NCBI GenBank assembly: GCA_003427395.1
Contig: BFEA01000014.1
Span: 4,984,520 to 5,035,560 of the forward strand
DNA length: 51,041 nt
Reading direction: 5' to 3'
Origin: Chara braunii
Taxonomy: Eukaryota; Plantae; Charophyceae
In this document: one piece after another, positions 35,171 to 48,071 of the stretch
Numbering within the stretch: the first letter of the stretch is position 1
Layout of the letters: each line of letters opens with the position of its first letter
The notes under the pieces: model-generated
Seen by the model: the letters and a program-made list of their open reading frames with translations, nothing else
What the model was told of the DNA's origin: nothing
Databases searched by the model: none
Position numbers and translations under genes: made by a program

Positions 35171-37487
35171 AATAAATCAGGTTATGTGTGTTTGAAACCC
35201 CACGAGAAACAAGAACCGGGTACATTATAAAATGTTAGATTGACTTTATCTGCTGAAAAAAATGTTGAAAAATTGATTCGATTCGAAGTAAACAAAATGA
35301 TAGGAAGGGATTAAAAAGTTGTAGAAGGCATACCCGTGCAGCAGACTGCTAATTGTTGCAGTCAAAGTAAGAAGTCCGCTTCATCTCTTGGTTGTTTTCC
35401 GTAATTTTGTGTACAAGCAAAAGCGACATGTTTAACTAGTTCTCACTTTCCCCTACCATTCCTTTATAACTCCTCTGATTGTCTTTTTCTGTTGATTTAT
35501 CTTAACAAAATTGTGTCTTCATGATTTTTTTTGTTTGTGATACCTGATCCTTTGATAATTATCACAATCCTCAGTTATAAATTACAACAGTTGGTTAGTT
35601 AATTGTTATAGCAATTGATACAAACGTAACTGTTGTTTGCAATGGTTGATGGCAGCGATTGTTGTATCTGGCATGCTATATTGCAAATGTTTTTGCTTAA
35701 GTTGTTCCTTACCAATTAGTTGGTTGCTATGCAACATTGCGTCTGATTTTAAGATTGTCACAAAAATATAATTATGTTTTGCAAATTATCATAAAGGTAA
35801 TCGTGATTATATGCCGCCAACATAGACGATATCGAATTACTTTTATTGTTAAGGACTATTTCCGACGTTTTACATTATAAAAAGGTTAGGAAGTTATAAG
35901 GAAAAAACCTAAGCAAGATGACAGCGGCAAAAATGAAGTAGGTAATGGGTTGCTGGATACCAAGAGTTAGGTGCCTTTATCATTTGTGCCCGTTATTATT
36001 TCATCTAGGCATATCGTCAAAGATCAAAGGTAAAAAGGAAAAAATTACCAATTATAGTAGCAAGTACTTACAATTATCACGACAAGGGAATGAAGATGGT
36101 CGTTATTGATACTGCAAATGCTAGATGTTGTAGTTACTGGTTGTGTTGGAAGCTACATCAACTAACTACTGTTGATCCCTTAGGGTAAAGCATCAGTGAC
36201 AACATATTTTTTATATAGGTTACTGCAAGATGCAACTAATTACTGTAAGTGAGCGTTGTTAGAGTTGCTTGCACTGTAAAGTTGTCATTTATTCTTTAGG
36301 GTTGTCATATTACTTGTTTGACTTCAGTCTGATTAACCTTAAGAGGTAGTTGAATACTCCAGTGTGAGTTACGTTACTATTTGTTTGAGACTGTGAATAC
36401 TAAGTATTCAAAAATTGTGGGCTACTGCAATGTAGGTTACTCCACTATTTGTTTGAACCTATGTTGGTTTGATATTAAGAAAGTGGTGAAATGCTTCAGT
36501 ACAAGTTATTTCGTCACTTGTATGACTTAATGGCATGTGCATTACATAGTTGTTGACAAGAGGGATGAGGGTCCCAGTGTGAGTCATCATGTCGCTTGTC
36601 TACTATGCGTCGTTCGTTTGCATATATTTTCGTGTATGAAAATATATGTACTGACTTTGTTATGGTAGACAAATAGTGAAATAACTTCAGTGTAAGTTTT
36701 TTTACTATTCGCTTGTATGTCGAACCAATAATATGAGACTTCAATATGGGTCGTCCTAGTACTTGTTTCACCCTAAGTTGACTAATGTTGAAAGGTGAAC
36801 AAAAATGCATGTGATTGGAAGGTAGTAAGATACTCCAGTTCGAATCATCGTACTGCTTGTTTGTGAACGATTAACGTCTACGACGTTCGATAAATTTCTC
36901 ACAAACTGTTTGTCTAAGCACTAAATGAGTGGTAAAACACTTCAGTGAGGGTCGTCCTCGTACTTGTTTAAAGTTTAGACTTTGTGATTTCAAAGCTGTA
37001 AACAGTGTTTTCATTAAAAGTGAAAAGTTTTTTAAAAAGTAAACATAACGAAATTTAGTACTGATAATTAAATTACTTGTTTTTTTAGGAGAAAAAATAA
37101 AATTTTGATAATGTATTCAGAAAAATAAAAATAAAAAATGATAATCATCAACACATTGTATAACAAGTTTACAAAGCATAAGTAGACACACAGCGGAAAT
37201 TTAAAAGGATTTGAAGTATTAAAGACAAGAACTAATTTCACTGTAAAACATTTGAGAAAAAATCAAAATTTTGTAGTAAACAGAAAACAAACACGAACTT
37301 GTAAATTTTTTGAAAAATCCATAACGGAAAAAACAAGATAGTATAAACAAACAGCCAAACAAAAGATTTGTAATAAGCGACGATTCAAAATCGAGACATC
37401 ATCCGACCACACCACCTTTTATTAGACTTCTCAGTCCGCTCAGTCTACTCGTAATTCGATATTCATAAATTAAATCCTGCTAGATAC

Positions 37488-38770
37488 TCTCAAACCATGG
37501 AACACCCTAGTCTCACTCTGTTTTTAAAATCTTGTCCCCACGTACTTAAATGTGTCGTCTCAAACCATGGAACACCCTAGTCTCACTCTGTTTTTTAAAT
37601 CTTGTCCCCACGTACTCAAATGTGTCGTCATCGTCACCGTCTATAACTCCATCCATATGAAAATCTAAGTAAATTGGAAGAACGTCAAGCACCTGGTCAA
37701 GCGAACACTTTATTCCATAAATCGGTTATAACATTTTATTCTAAAAATCGATAATTGCAGGAAGCATATAAGGATCAATCGAACCACAAAATTGATTGTC
37801 ATGAATATTCGTCCAACACAACTTATGCCGAAGGGAGATGTAGTTCATGTGAGGCATTGTGCTTAATGGGCAGCTAGTCCTACAAGAGGCCAGTACTGGA
37901 GTCTGAGACATCTCGAAGAACCAAAGCCATATAATGTTCTCATCGGCGATCCGAACATGAGGTACTGAGGTGCCTCGGCGGTAACCTTTTTCGAAAACAC
38001 AGAAATATATTTCATGCGGACGAAGTTGGAAGTTCCTAACAAAGATCTCCCTATAGCGTCCCGTGTAGCGGTCACTTTGATTTCGACCTCGTGCCAAGTT
38101 GTGACATCATCCACCTGACCGCCAATTGCTATATCCCACTTCCCGTCAACTTCACGCTCAACTAAACTCATCCCTCTCCTACCCATGCTCAACTCGTTTC
38201 GTGATGCATACACAACATCGTCAGTCAAGTTTCTATTCTTGTTCGAGCAAGCAACACAAAACACCCTGCAGAAGATAAATTGTCCCAAACGCAACCTAAC
38301 GCAACAGTACGATACTGATCGCGACAACATCCCTGGACATCTTAGAGGATACTGCTCGAGAAACTAACAGTGACAACCACAATCCAACAACTCCTGTTTC
38401 ATCGCTGAACACTAAGTGCGTGGTGAGGTCGTCACATATTTACAGTTCAAAAAATTGTAATTGTGATGAAATTTCAACTTATTACACAAGTGACGCTAAC
38501 AAATTGGACCAAGGACGTCATCGGCCACGGGAAAGAGACCTCCCCAATCGAGTTTATTTGCGAACTTATAGTCATTAGCTAATGAAACTTACTGACTACT
38601 TTCTCCCAGTGATACTCTTTCCTGTTGTTCAGGTGTTTGTCGATGTAAGGCAAGACCATCATCCAAGGATCCGACTCGAAGTCCTCCCTGCTCGCACCAT
38701 CGATTTCAGTGCACTCGCGCGATCGATGAACGTGCATCGCACAGGAGGGACGACAGACAAAGAACAACTA
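37488..38770 (-). pseudogene. Decayed, probably spliced coding region downstream of the transposase, with SET-domain-like segments
   Basis: Protein-like frames 38579-38767, 37863-38265, 37741-37950 and ~37490-37720 (SLDQVLDVLPIYLDFHMDGVIDGDDDDTFEYVGTRF); putative acceptor ttctgcag at ~38266; ~70-bp tandem duplication 37488-37628. Confidence 0.4.
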
Positions 38771-38871
38771 GACAAGAGAAAAAACGAACAGCACTTGCAT
38801 CATGTAAAATAAATACAACAAACACTTATTTACAAACCGTCATAATCAAATTCCGCGTCATGACGCCGGAC

Positions 38872-41800
38872 TTACTCATTCTGAATATTTTCTGGCAGAG
38901 CTAGCCACGCAAGTGCTTTCTCTCTTGTCGTCTTGGGGATGATGATACCATTCTCGACAGATAATTTCTTCGACGTCCAACTCCAAATAATATAATATGC
39001 ATGCTGCCATTGCTCCACTGATCTCATATCCTTCTTCCAAGCCTTTTTCCATACATTTGTATATTGTATTGTGAGGCTTTTCACGACAGGCTGTGGTATC
39101 CAATACTCAATTAAGAAATGATTGAAAGTAGGCGATTTCGCGTTGCTGTCTACTGTTGAAAGTACCCTTCCCATCCACACAGGGACACCCTGATCAAGGT
39201 CCTCTTGTAAAGGTCTCAAAAGAACAAATTGACCTTTCTCCACATCTGTGATCGGATTGAGCTTAGGCTTGGGACGCTCGTTAGCCGGACCAACGAAAAT
39301 AGGTTCGGGCACTGCTTCCTTTTTAATAAGGAAGTCAATATCGATATCATCATCTTTGTCATTGACATTTTCTCCGAAAATTGGCCAAAACCCAGCTTGA
39401 AGTGTTTTGTTCTGGTTTTCGGGCTTGAAGCGGTCCTCAACCGTTCCTAGAAAGGACTTCCAGTAGGAAAGACTTGTCTTTTGAGAAACTCACCTCATCT
39501 CGCATACCAACCCACTCATGTCTTTTGTTCTCTAACCAACTTACAAAAGTTTTTACTCCTAAACCTGAGAGAAAATCTTTGTTTTCCTCAGGTAGAACAA
39601 CCAAAGGCTCAAATGGTCATTGTGGTCCTGCGTACCTCATGTTTTCATCTCTTCGGAAGCAATAGACGGGTGCAGACCATTCAAAACTATTGCAATACTC
39701 CTTCCACACAAAGACAGGGTTATCATCCAACATATAAAATCTGAAAGCGTGAGGACGTGTGTGCCCTGTCATCCTCTTTACTAAATACGGCTTTATACTA
39801 GCGTGCCAGTCTGCAATTTCCTCCATAAAATTGCATGCAGTTCGTTCTTGTTGGGACGAAGTTACAAGACTGAAGAGATTCAGCATAGTGAATGCATCAT
39901 GCATTCTCAGCTTACGTGAGAAATGACTGAAAGTGGCGTCGACATCCGTGTGTGTATGCCCTACCAGCAAAAAAGCCAAACTCAACCTCTTTGAAAAATC
40001 AAAATTTCATTAACGATGCAGCCAATGCTAGCACGTATCTATTTTTGTTCTCCCTCCAACAGTTATCTGCCTGGATCATGAGCTTCGGGGGAAGTGGACC
40101 ACTTAACGCTTGGACATCACGAAGAACTTTCATAACGGAGGACACGACTGCATTAGAGTCATGTGGATAACAAGGGAACCAAGTATGGACGTGAATGGAA
40201 GGTTGACGCCCATGTGCTAGAATTGGTGTCAAATTCGTTTTCATCATGGTCACATTAGCAAACAATTTTGACCGGTTCTCTCCTTCAAAGTGTGGAATAC
40301 TGGTTTTGTTGTGGTCCATGCCATCAATGATAATGCATAAACTATCCGAGCCATGTTTCTTAGACTCCTCCTTCCATACCTCATAAGCTGCTCGATGTTT
40401 TAGCTGCAACTCCAAGTGTTTATCACGCGCTGAAATGAAGAATTCGCGAACTCGCGGATACTTAGCGGAGTTGATGAATTTTTTGTACTCGACACACTTT
40501 TCATACTTCGCAAAATTTTGGTCAATATTATGGAACCTCACATGCCAGAAGTGAGTCCTCCATATAGTGTAGAACACTTGGAGAGATACTGCAGGGACAT
40601 TTGAGTTGTCCAGTTGGACTTTCAAAATTTTGTAAATGTCAACCTTGTTGTAACAAGCTGACAATTGCAAAATCACTCTCGACTTACCATTTTTACTTTT
40701 TATATCGTTTGGCATACTGTCAGTATTATCATGTACAAACGTGTTGAGTTTGCCATACATAGCGGCATACGCGGTCGACGTACGCTGCAAGCCAGTACTA
40801 CCGTGCTCAGGCATTACATACTCTTTCCCAAAGTTTTTTCGATGTTTAAGAAAAGTGTTTCTACAGACACCCAAAACATAGCACCAAACACTTATACAAA
40901 TCTTTTGTTTCTCAACAATAGGTTGCACTATCTCCTTGTCATCTTCGATGAATGTGAACCACTTCAATGTCTCTACCCACCAAGCATTCTTACTCTTTAG
41001 ATCCTTGGTATAGTATGCACTGCGCACGACTTTGACGTCATCCTTGGTCATCTTTGCACAACACTCACGTTTACAACACTCCTTTCCACGCACTGCCGCT
41101 AAGGATTTGCTAGTCAGTTTCGTATGCACAATACTCAAACTAGCTTTCGATCTCTGGTTTCTTTTTCGATATGTGTACGAACGCTTCTCTGATGGCAGAC
41201 GCTTGGGAAACATATCATTAAAGTCAGATATAGTATCCGAATTCCTCGTGAAGAGGAGAAATTTCAAGGCGATGACAGATCTTATCTGGCGAACTATCTG
41301 CACTCGAAGAAACTGAACTACTAGAGGACGACACCTCGGACAGCCTGTCTACACGGGCACTGCCAAGTTCCTCTTCGCTATGGCCAGAGCGGACAAAACT
41401 ATCAAACATTGAGAATTTGGCATCGCCATTGGAGCATTGAGCGCGTCTAGAGCAGTCTAAAGGTCTCACCTTGGCAGACGGGGAATCTGCAAGTAGCTGA
41501 AGGGAACCTCTTGGAATGAAAACTACTGGGGCCCTCTCATACATTGAGCTGTCAGATTCGAAATCGTTATAAGGTAGCACATCTCTTCCACCTTTGTGCA
41601 TGTCATCTCTTGATGAGGAGGAGCTGCTACGTCGTAGACGACGCACTGCAGGAGAGGCACTTTCAGAAGTGACCGTATCAAGTGCCTTATTTGACATCCT
41701 TTTGCGGCCCGACAAGACAATTGTTGCCATTGTAGCATCGTTGATGTAGTTCAAGTTGTTTTGACTTGCATGTAAGGGGGTCTGAGAACAAGGGGAAATA

Positions 41801-41916
41801 TGTGGATGACGGTCCGTTGAGACGAATGTGTTGGAACCAACACAATCGGTAATGGGCGATATGTTTTTCATAGCTGGCAGTTGCGGATCCACTCTCACAT
41901 GATCATAACACGCCAT
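38872..41916 (-). pseudogene. DUF7869-type (Sola1-like) DDD transposase, disrupted by frameshifts and stops
   Basis: Collinear ORFs 41224-42024, 39999-41303, 39617-39985, 38872-39312 with CCKRECC, IIDGMD, HDSN, QADNCWRENKN, FLLVGHTHTDVDATFS and GHTRPHAFRF motifs; stop plus frameshift near 39970-40000. Confidence 0.82.
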
Positions 41917-42644
41917 GTTTTCTTCAATCAACCTGCACCTTGAAGGAAAAGGTAGGTGTTGGATAGGAATCGAGACAAAATGAATTTTAATTAGACAAAA
42001 AAGAAAGATGTGATGATTTAGCATATGTCGGGTGAATATGTTGGGAGGATAAACACCTGCTATATTGCAGGGAAATGAAAATGCGGACGGTCATTGGGGG
42101 CTTGGCCTTGACCGAATACCTTTGCAGGAAAATGGAAATGCGGATGGCCTTTGGGGGCTTGGCCTTGACTGAACACCCTTTTCATACCCCACCCAAACCC
42201 TTTTCATACCCACTCACACCCTTTTCAAAACGCCAGTCTCCCAATGCCTCGAAAATCCCTCCAACTTTTTATTTAACCCATGCTGGGCGACCCCGGTGCA
42301 TAATTATAAGTATACTAGGCAGGGAAGATAGGAAAGACCATTAACTCCTATATTTTAGGTGCCAAAGGCCACCGCTGAATCTGGCATGAGATCTCCAAGT
42401 GGACTCGCCGCGTTTATGATCTTTGGTGCCAAATTAAAGGTGGTCAAGACTCCGTCCACTGGGGTCTAAGGGTTGTCTTGCCAAATGAAAGGTGGCCAAT
42501 TATGTTGTTTGTCTGACGGTACCAAATTACCAATTACGTTGCATAAACCCTTTCCCTGTTAGAACCGAGCATTGCTTTGGATGGTAAACAAACTGTTGTG
42601 TTGCTGGTTTGTGAAATTCAATCTCACAAGCNGGAAGAGTCTAT

Positions 42645-43021
42645 GGGCCTCGCCACACCAATGTTGAAAAATGAGTTNTCGACATTTCTACATCGCCACN
42701 NTACCTGTTGAGGGNTAAGCTGCTGAAAGTGCTTCGTCGCCTGTCANGCGAAAGGTTTCAACANCCGTCGTTTTNAAGTCGAAACCACCCNCATGCGGCG
42801 CCCCAAAATTTGTCACNTCAACTTCAAGGTAGCGAACAAGAAGGTTTTTTTTATGTTTTTCAGCACCGTGGNGCTAACCGCGTCATCCCGCGTCTTTCCT
42901 AGGAGTGCCTTTCCTANGAGTGGTNTGGCGAAGGAGGCATTTATGTCGAAATCACTAATGTTGAAGCCGGTCTAGCACCTGTCAACAATTTCCCGGTTTC
43001 AACATTGGTGTGGCGGGGCCC
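42645..43021. mobile_element. Harbinger-like MITE (TIR GGGCCTCGCCACACCAATGTTGAAA), TSD TAT
   Basis: TAT-gggcctcgccacaccaatgttgaaa...tttcaacattggtgtggcggggccc-TAT. Confidence 0.85.
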
Positions 43022-43689
43022 TATGTAGTGGACCAATTGACGTGACATTGACAGCCGACTGCGGGGAAAGCCTGTCGTCCCCAGTCAGGAATTAAGTTTG
43101 TCCACCTCAGCAAATGGTCGAAGTGAAGACCTGAAATACAAATATCGAAGCCCCGAACCCTATCCCTTTAAAAGAAAACGAATGCATCATAAAAACTCCT
43201 ATATTTGGTCAAAGTTATGTGCTAGAAGCCAACTTATCATGTGTGTTGGATGCATGGTGCATTCGTTTCTCTCTTGACTCGCGCTTCTCGATGTAGAGAT
43301 GAGGCGGTGCACTTTGCTTTCGATACGTTTTGGGCAAGCGGTGGCATCCGGTTGTGGGCCGAAGCGGTCGGTGGTCCCTTCGTCCGTGCCCTTGTTCGGA
43401 GAGTGTGGTTATCTCGCGATCTCAGGGTGTGGTGTGGGCGGGTGCTGTTCGCAACCAATAGTGTGAGCGGATGCAGCGGGCTGTGTCAAATTTTATGGTA
43501 TGCTCGCACCTTGCCGTTGGAATGCCTGGGTGTTGTTGTGTGTGTTTGTCCGGAGTTCAGTAAGGACAATACAACCTCACAGGTGTGCGGTGCATATCAA
43601 GACTGGGATACGGCTCCACTTTTGAACACCTTGTCATGTCTGTAGTGGGGAAGGAACTAGGATACTGAGGCAGAGGGCTCCTGTTCTAT

Positions 43690-44505
43690 TCCGTGCGTTC
43701 ATGGATGAGGTCCCAAGGCAAAGAAAGTACCGATTGACTGAGTGCAACAACAGAGCTGGCAGTACTGTCGGATCTGATTCGACGGGTTCGGTGCAGTGCT
43801 TTAACAGAAAAATAGGCAAGACTTGTGCATGCACGGATGAGGTCCAAAGCCNGAGAAAATANTGACTGACTCAGGGCAACAACAGTGNTGGCAGCACCGT
43901 CGAATCGGATTCTACAGCTCCTGTGTTGTGCTTCAAAATTGGAGTCATGTGCTCCATGCAGCTATTGTGCGATATGCNCCTGGGTGGGGTTGTGTGTGNG
44001 CTTGCATTCCGGTAAGGACACTACAGCTATGCAGGGGTGTGGTGGATATCAACCGTATGGTTCCACATTGTAGACCATGCCATGGCTGAGGCTGGGTCCT
44101 AGAACATCAGCTCTTGAGGCTAAGGGGGCTGGTTTGATTGCGTGCACGGACGAGGTCGAAAGCCAGAGAAAGGGTCTCAGGCTCTCTCCACTACTCAGCA
44201 AAAGTGCAAAATGAACAATGTCATGAATTTTTCGCCAGAACATGAAAACGTACACCAACATATTTTTTGTCTTTAGTGCATATGGTGAACAACTAGAGTC
44301 AGACCCAAATTACTTATACTGTCTCAGTGCAACAATAGAGCCAGCAGTACCGCCGAATCCGATTCGGTGGTTTCAGTGCTGTGCTTCAACGTAAAAAAAT
44401 ATTATAACAGCAAACATGCAGGGATGAGGTCCAAATCGGGAGAAAGTACTGACTGACGCAGTGCAACGACAGTGCTGGTGGTACTGTCGAATCCGGTTCG
44501 ACGGC
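43690..44505. repeat. Degenerate ~130-bp repeats (ggatgaggtcc...gaaagtactgactga...caacagtgctggcagtac)
   Basis: Four to five diverged copies. Confidence 0.65.
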
Positions 44506-44528
44506 TTCTTGTTTACAACATACGACTG

Positions 44529-44727
44529 ACCGCTCAGATGATGCTCGGTCCCTCTGCTACCGGCTGTCCCGTGGTCGGTGTCCCCCAGTGGGGGTTCCCT
44601 GAAGGCTATCAGGCCACCCTGGGCTGAAAAGGTCACCCGGTGTCAGATTAGACACAAGATTGAATTTACCTGGGCTGGTTAGTCCGATGATAATACCTCA
44701 AGGTCAAAAAAAAAAAAATAAAAAAAA
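44529..44727 (+). mobile_element. 5'-truncated SINE (family S) with poly(A)
   Basis: Near-identical to the reverse complement of 46557-46720; ends ataatacctcaaggtc-A-run. Confidence 0.8.
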
Positions 44728-44904
44728 TTACTCCCATTGGGGCGGTCGAATCGAATTTGACGGCTCTGGCAAGTGGTGTAATCAAGTTCGGCAGCTTTGG
44801 CAAGCGGTGGACAGCTTGACGAGAGGTCGAATTTAATTCTACCGTTCTGGCACGAGACCAAAAGGGGGAAAAAAAACAAAAACAATTGTCTATTTGTAAC
44901 CGGT

Positions 44905-45420
44905 AGCTCTGCCCAGCACTAAATAAATGTTAATGTCAACAAAAGCAATAAACCTTCTTCCCTATGTGAAGTGCACTGAATAACTGCAGATGCCAACAAC
45001 TATGATAAACATCGCAGCTTTGCAAACATGCCTACCTATGTGAACGCACCATCGCACTGGAGCTCCCCAGCTCGACCACAGCCAAAAATGTGACCTAACC
45101 CCATCTCTACTGTGCACTTAATACATGTTAACGACAACAAATATTATAAACCTTGCAAGCATCCTTACTCTGTGAATGAAGTGAATAAATGTAGATGTCA
45201 ACAAATATGATAAACATAGCCCATCTCTACTGTGCTCTGAATACATGTTGATGACAACAAATATGACAAACCTTGCAAGCATCCTGAATGAAGTGAATAA
45301 ATGTAGACGTCAACAAATATGATAAACATTTCAACTTTGCAAGCATGCTTACCTATGTGAATGTGAGACGATGGAACACCAACGCTCTGCAGCTCGCCAT
45401 CTTGACCACAACGAAAATGA
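44905..45420. repeat. Degenerate ~120-bp tandem repeats
   Basis: ccatctctactgtgc...acaacaaatatgataaac..tgcaagcat recurring. Confidence 0.7.
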
Positions 45421-46520
45421 GACCTCAGCACATCCCGAAGGACTACATTCTACTGAATGACCGAATGAGCCAATAGTGCTGTCCACGTTTGCCCCCGGCC
45501 GCATATGCCGTCCAACAACAGGTACCGTGCCACTTCGGCTGTCCAATAATGTTTTCACTGTTTTTTTTTTTTTTTTTTTTTTTTTTTTTGGTTTTCACAA
45601 CTTTCCAGAGCCTTTTTTTCTTTATTATTATTTTTCCCCCCCAAAGGAAGAGCCAGTCTATTCATTGGACCATTCCTTTGGCGCGAATAATTTCTCAACG
45701 GCCAAATGTTTTGTTTTTTTCTTCAGTATTTCCCCCCACGCGGAGCAACGACTCTGATGCGAGCGAACGGACGGCTTCCAATGTTCGACCGGAAATTTCC
45801 CCACGTTCCAGCTGAAGGTGCGTCCGCCATTTCGAGAATTGGAAATGATCTGGCGACGGCCCACATCGAAGAAACGACTATATATGTATATTGAATATTA
45901 TGAAAAAAAAGGAAAAACAGTTGGTCTCCGTGGGACGTGGCTGGCCCGCTGGTTCTGCTGGCCGTTTCTTGGATATCACTAGTCGTTTCGGTTTCCCAAT
46001 GTGAAAAGGTTACCTATTATGTGGACTGGGACTGTGTTTTACCGGCGGATTCATCTGTTTAGTGGGTGCAAGGTACACAACACAACAGCGTCTCCCTATC
46101 TTGGATTTTTTTTTATTTTTTTTTTTCTAGGTCGTCGTCACACCACTTACCAAATATGAAACAGACCCAAATAATGCCGGGTGGATCTCGCCGTGTTCCA
46201 GGGCAAGATGCGTCCGCTACTTTTGAGAAAAGGTGCTCGGAGGCCAACCGCACCAAATGTGTAAATGAGAATGAATCTGCTCCTAAAATGTGGACACATA
46301 CACGCCATAATCAGGGTTTCTTCACATTTGGTGAGTGGTGTGAACGCACCCCACTATTCTTCGCTATTCTTTTTTTTTTTCCGCCTTTGCTTCTTTGCTA
46401 TTCTAATTTACGTGTTGGTTGAGCCGAGAGAAGGTTAGCATGAACAAATACGGTTTAGACCCCCCCCCCCAAAAAAAAAAAACGGTTTAGGCTACCGACC
46501 TTCGGGCGGATCCAACCCCC

Positions 46521-46922
46521 TATTTATTATTATTTATTTATTTTTCAAAGGGAGATGGCCTTGAGGTATTATCATCGGACTAACCATCCCAGGTAAATTC
46601 AATCTTGTGTCTGATCTGACACTGGGTGGCGTTTTTCGTCCCAGGGTGGCCTTATTGCCTTCAGGGAACCCCCAATTGGGGACACCGGCCAGAGGGACCG
46701 AGCATCATCTGAGTGGCCATTCGCTGTGCCTTCCCAATTACCCCTTCCCCTATGAGCATCAGCAGAGACTGCTTTTTAATGTCAATTGGGTGGACTAACG
46801 GGCTATCTGTAGGTGGGGGGCGCTAAACATGCCCAGGAAGAGGTACATGAGGGCAGTGGAGATTGAACCCAAGACCTTCTGAATGCCACTTCCGTGCCTT
46901 ATAAACTGAGCTACGCCGTTGG
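46521..46922 (-). mobile_element. Apparently full-length tRNA-derived SINE (family S)
   Basis: Minus head 46922-46848: ggcgTAGCTCAGTttataagg...cttGGGTTCAATCtcc (A and B boxes); structured body shared with 44529-44705; A-rich tail. Confidence 0.75.
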
Positions 46923-46940
46923 ATATAACCAACCCGCTAT

Positions 46941-47853
46941 TCTTTTTTTTTTGGGGGGGGGGGGGAAAGGTAGAGGATTCTCATATTCTGTAAAAGGAAA
47001 CTGAGGCCGGGAATCCTCAACAAACAACCCGGATGTAACAAGGTCACTTATGCATAGCCCGACTTTGGATCTTTGGCTTCACCTAACCCTTATTAATAGC
47101 ACAACACACTGGGCCTTGCCGAACCTACCTTGGACAAAATGTCCTCGAGCCCTCCTGAGATGCTCTTCAGTTCTAGCATGATAGCTAAAAAAAATTGTCT
47201 GCGTCCCTAACAGCTCCTACACCTGTCTATTCTTTGACAAGCTAGAGCTTGATCTGCTTGACATTCCTAACCTCCAACCCTGATTTAACAAGAACACGGT
47301 ACCCGACCTCTGCCTGCCTCCTGCGGATAATAAAGCACCGAGTGCCCTGGTTCATACTGCACAAACACATGTACCAAACATATTGGACTACACTAATTTA
47401 CTGTTGTTAACCACAAACAAAACTCCAATTTGCCCTGCGCATCTACATTAACCAACCAATTATTCGTTTTGCCACATCCCCAAGTTCTCAAAAACCACAT
47501 GGTGTTCCTGCTTCTACTGTTGCCTTGGCATCCTTTCCTGTTCCAGTCTGCACGGATGTACTTTCGTAGTCTGGTTCGGATCAATGATTTAACTTCCTCA
47601 TCCGCCGTCCCTTTTCCTTGAAAACAAGCCCTGTTTCTGCAATCCCATATCACTGAAATAATAATCGCTCTGCAGGCTTGTAAAACATAGCCACATCCCT
47701 CCGTCGATAGCATCTCAGCCGGGAGGATACCTAAAAGAACCCAGTCCCGATCCCACTCTCACTCCCATTCTGCAAAATCTTTCTAGTGGACAGCCCACCA
47801 GTCCCAAATTCTCTTAGAGGCGGGGCAGTCCCACCACAGATGAAAGGTCGACT
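46941..47853 (-). mobile_element. 5'-truncated L1-type LINE (zf-RVT C-terminus, 3' UTR, A-tail) with 11-bp TSD
   Basis: HLWWDCPASKRIWDWW and IWDCRNRACFQG motifs; caacccgctat at 46930-46940 and 47854-47864. Confidence 0.88.
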
Positions 47854-47947
47854 CAACCCGCTATGCTAATTTGCCTGCGTAGTCAAAAAAAAAAAGGAAA
47901 AAAATTCTGCGGTTATTGTTTTCCCAGAAAATATCATTCCGGCCTCC

Positions 47948-48071
47948 GGGCCTCGCCACACAGGCTGTCGAAATGTGCAAAACGAGAATGAACTTCCCGC
48001 TAGAACATGGTCGGATGCACCTGCCTCATTTTTGTCGTTTTTCCGTTTCGACATGCTGTGTGGCGAGGCCC
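47948..48071. mobile_element. Harbinger-like MITE family H2, TSD TCC
   Basis: TCC-gggcctcgccacaca...tgtgtggcgaggccc-TCC. Confidence 0.85.

Noticed and set aside
33950-42540. TIRs bounding the Sola1-like element
   Set aside because: Only weak patchy similarity between ~33960-34020 and the reverse complement of ~42460-42530; ends left undefined
45940-45983. Helitron 3' end (hairpin then CTAG-T)
   Set aside because: Hairpin imperfect; no 5' end or second copy to support it
46848-46922. Functional tRNA gene
   Set aside because: Acceptor and anticodon stems pair poorly, D-loop GG missing, and it runs into a repeated A-tailed body
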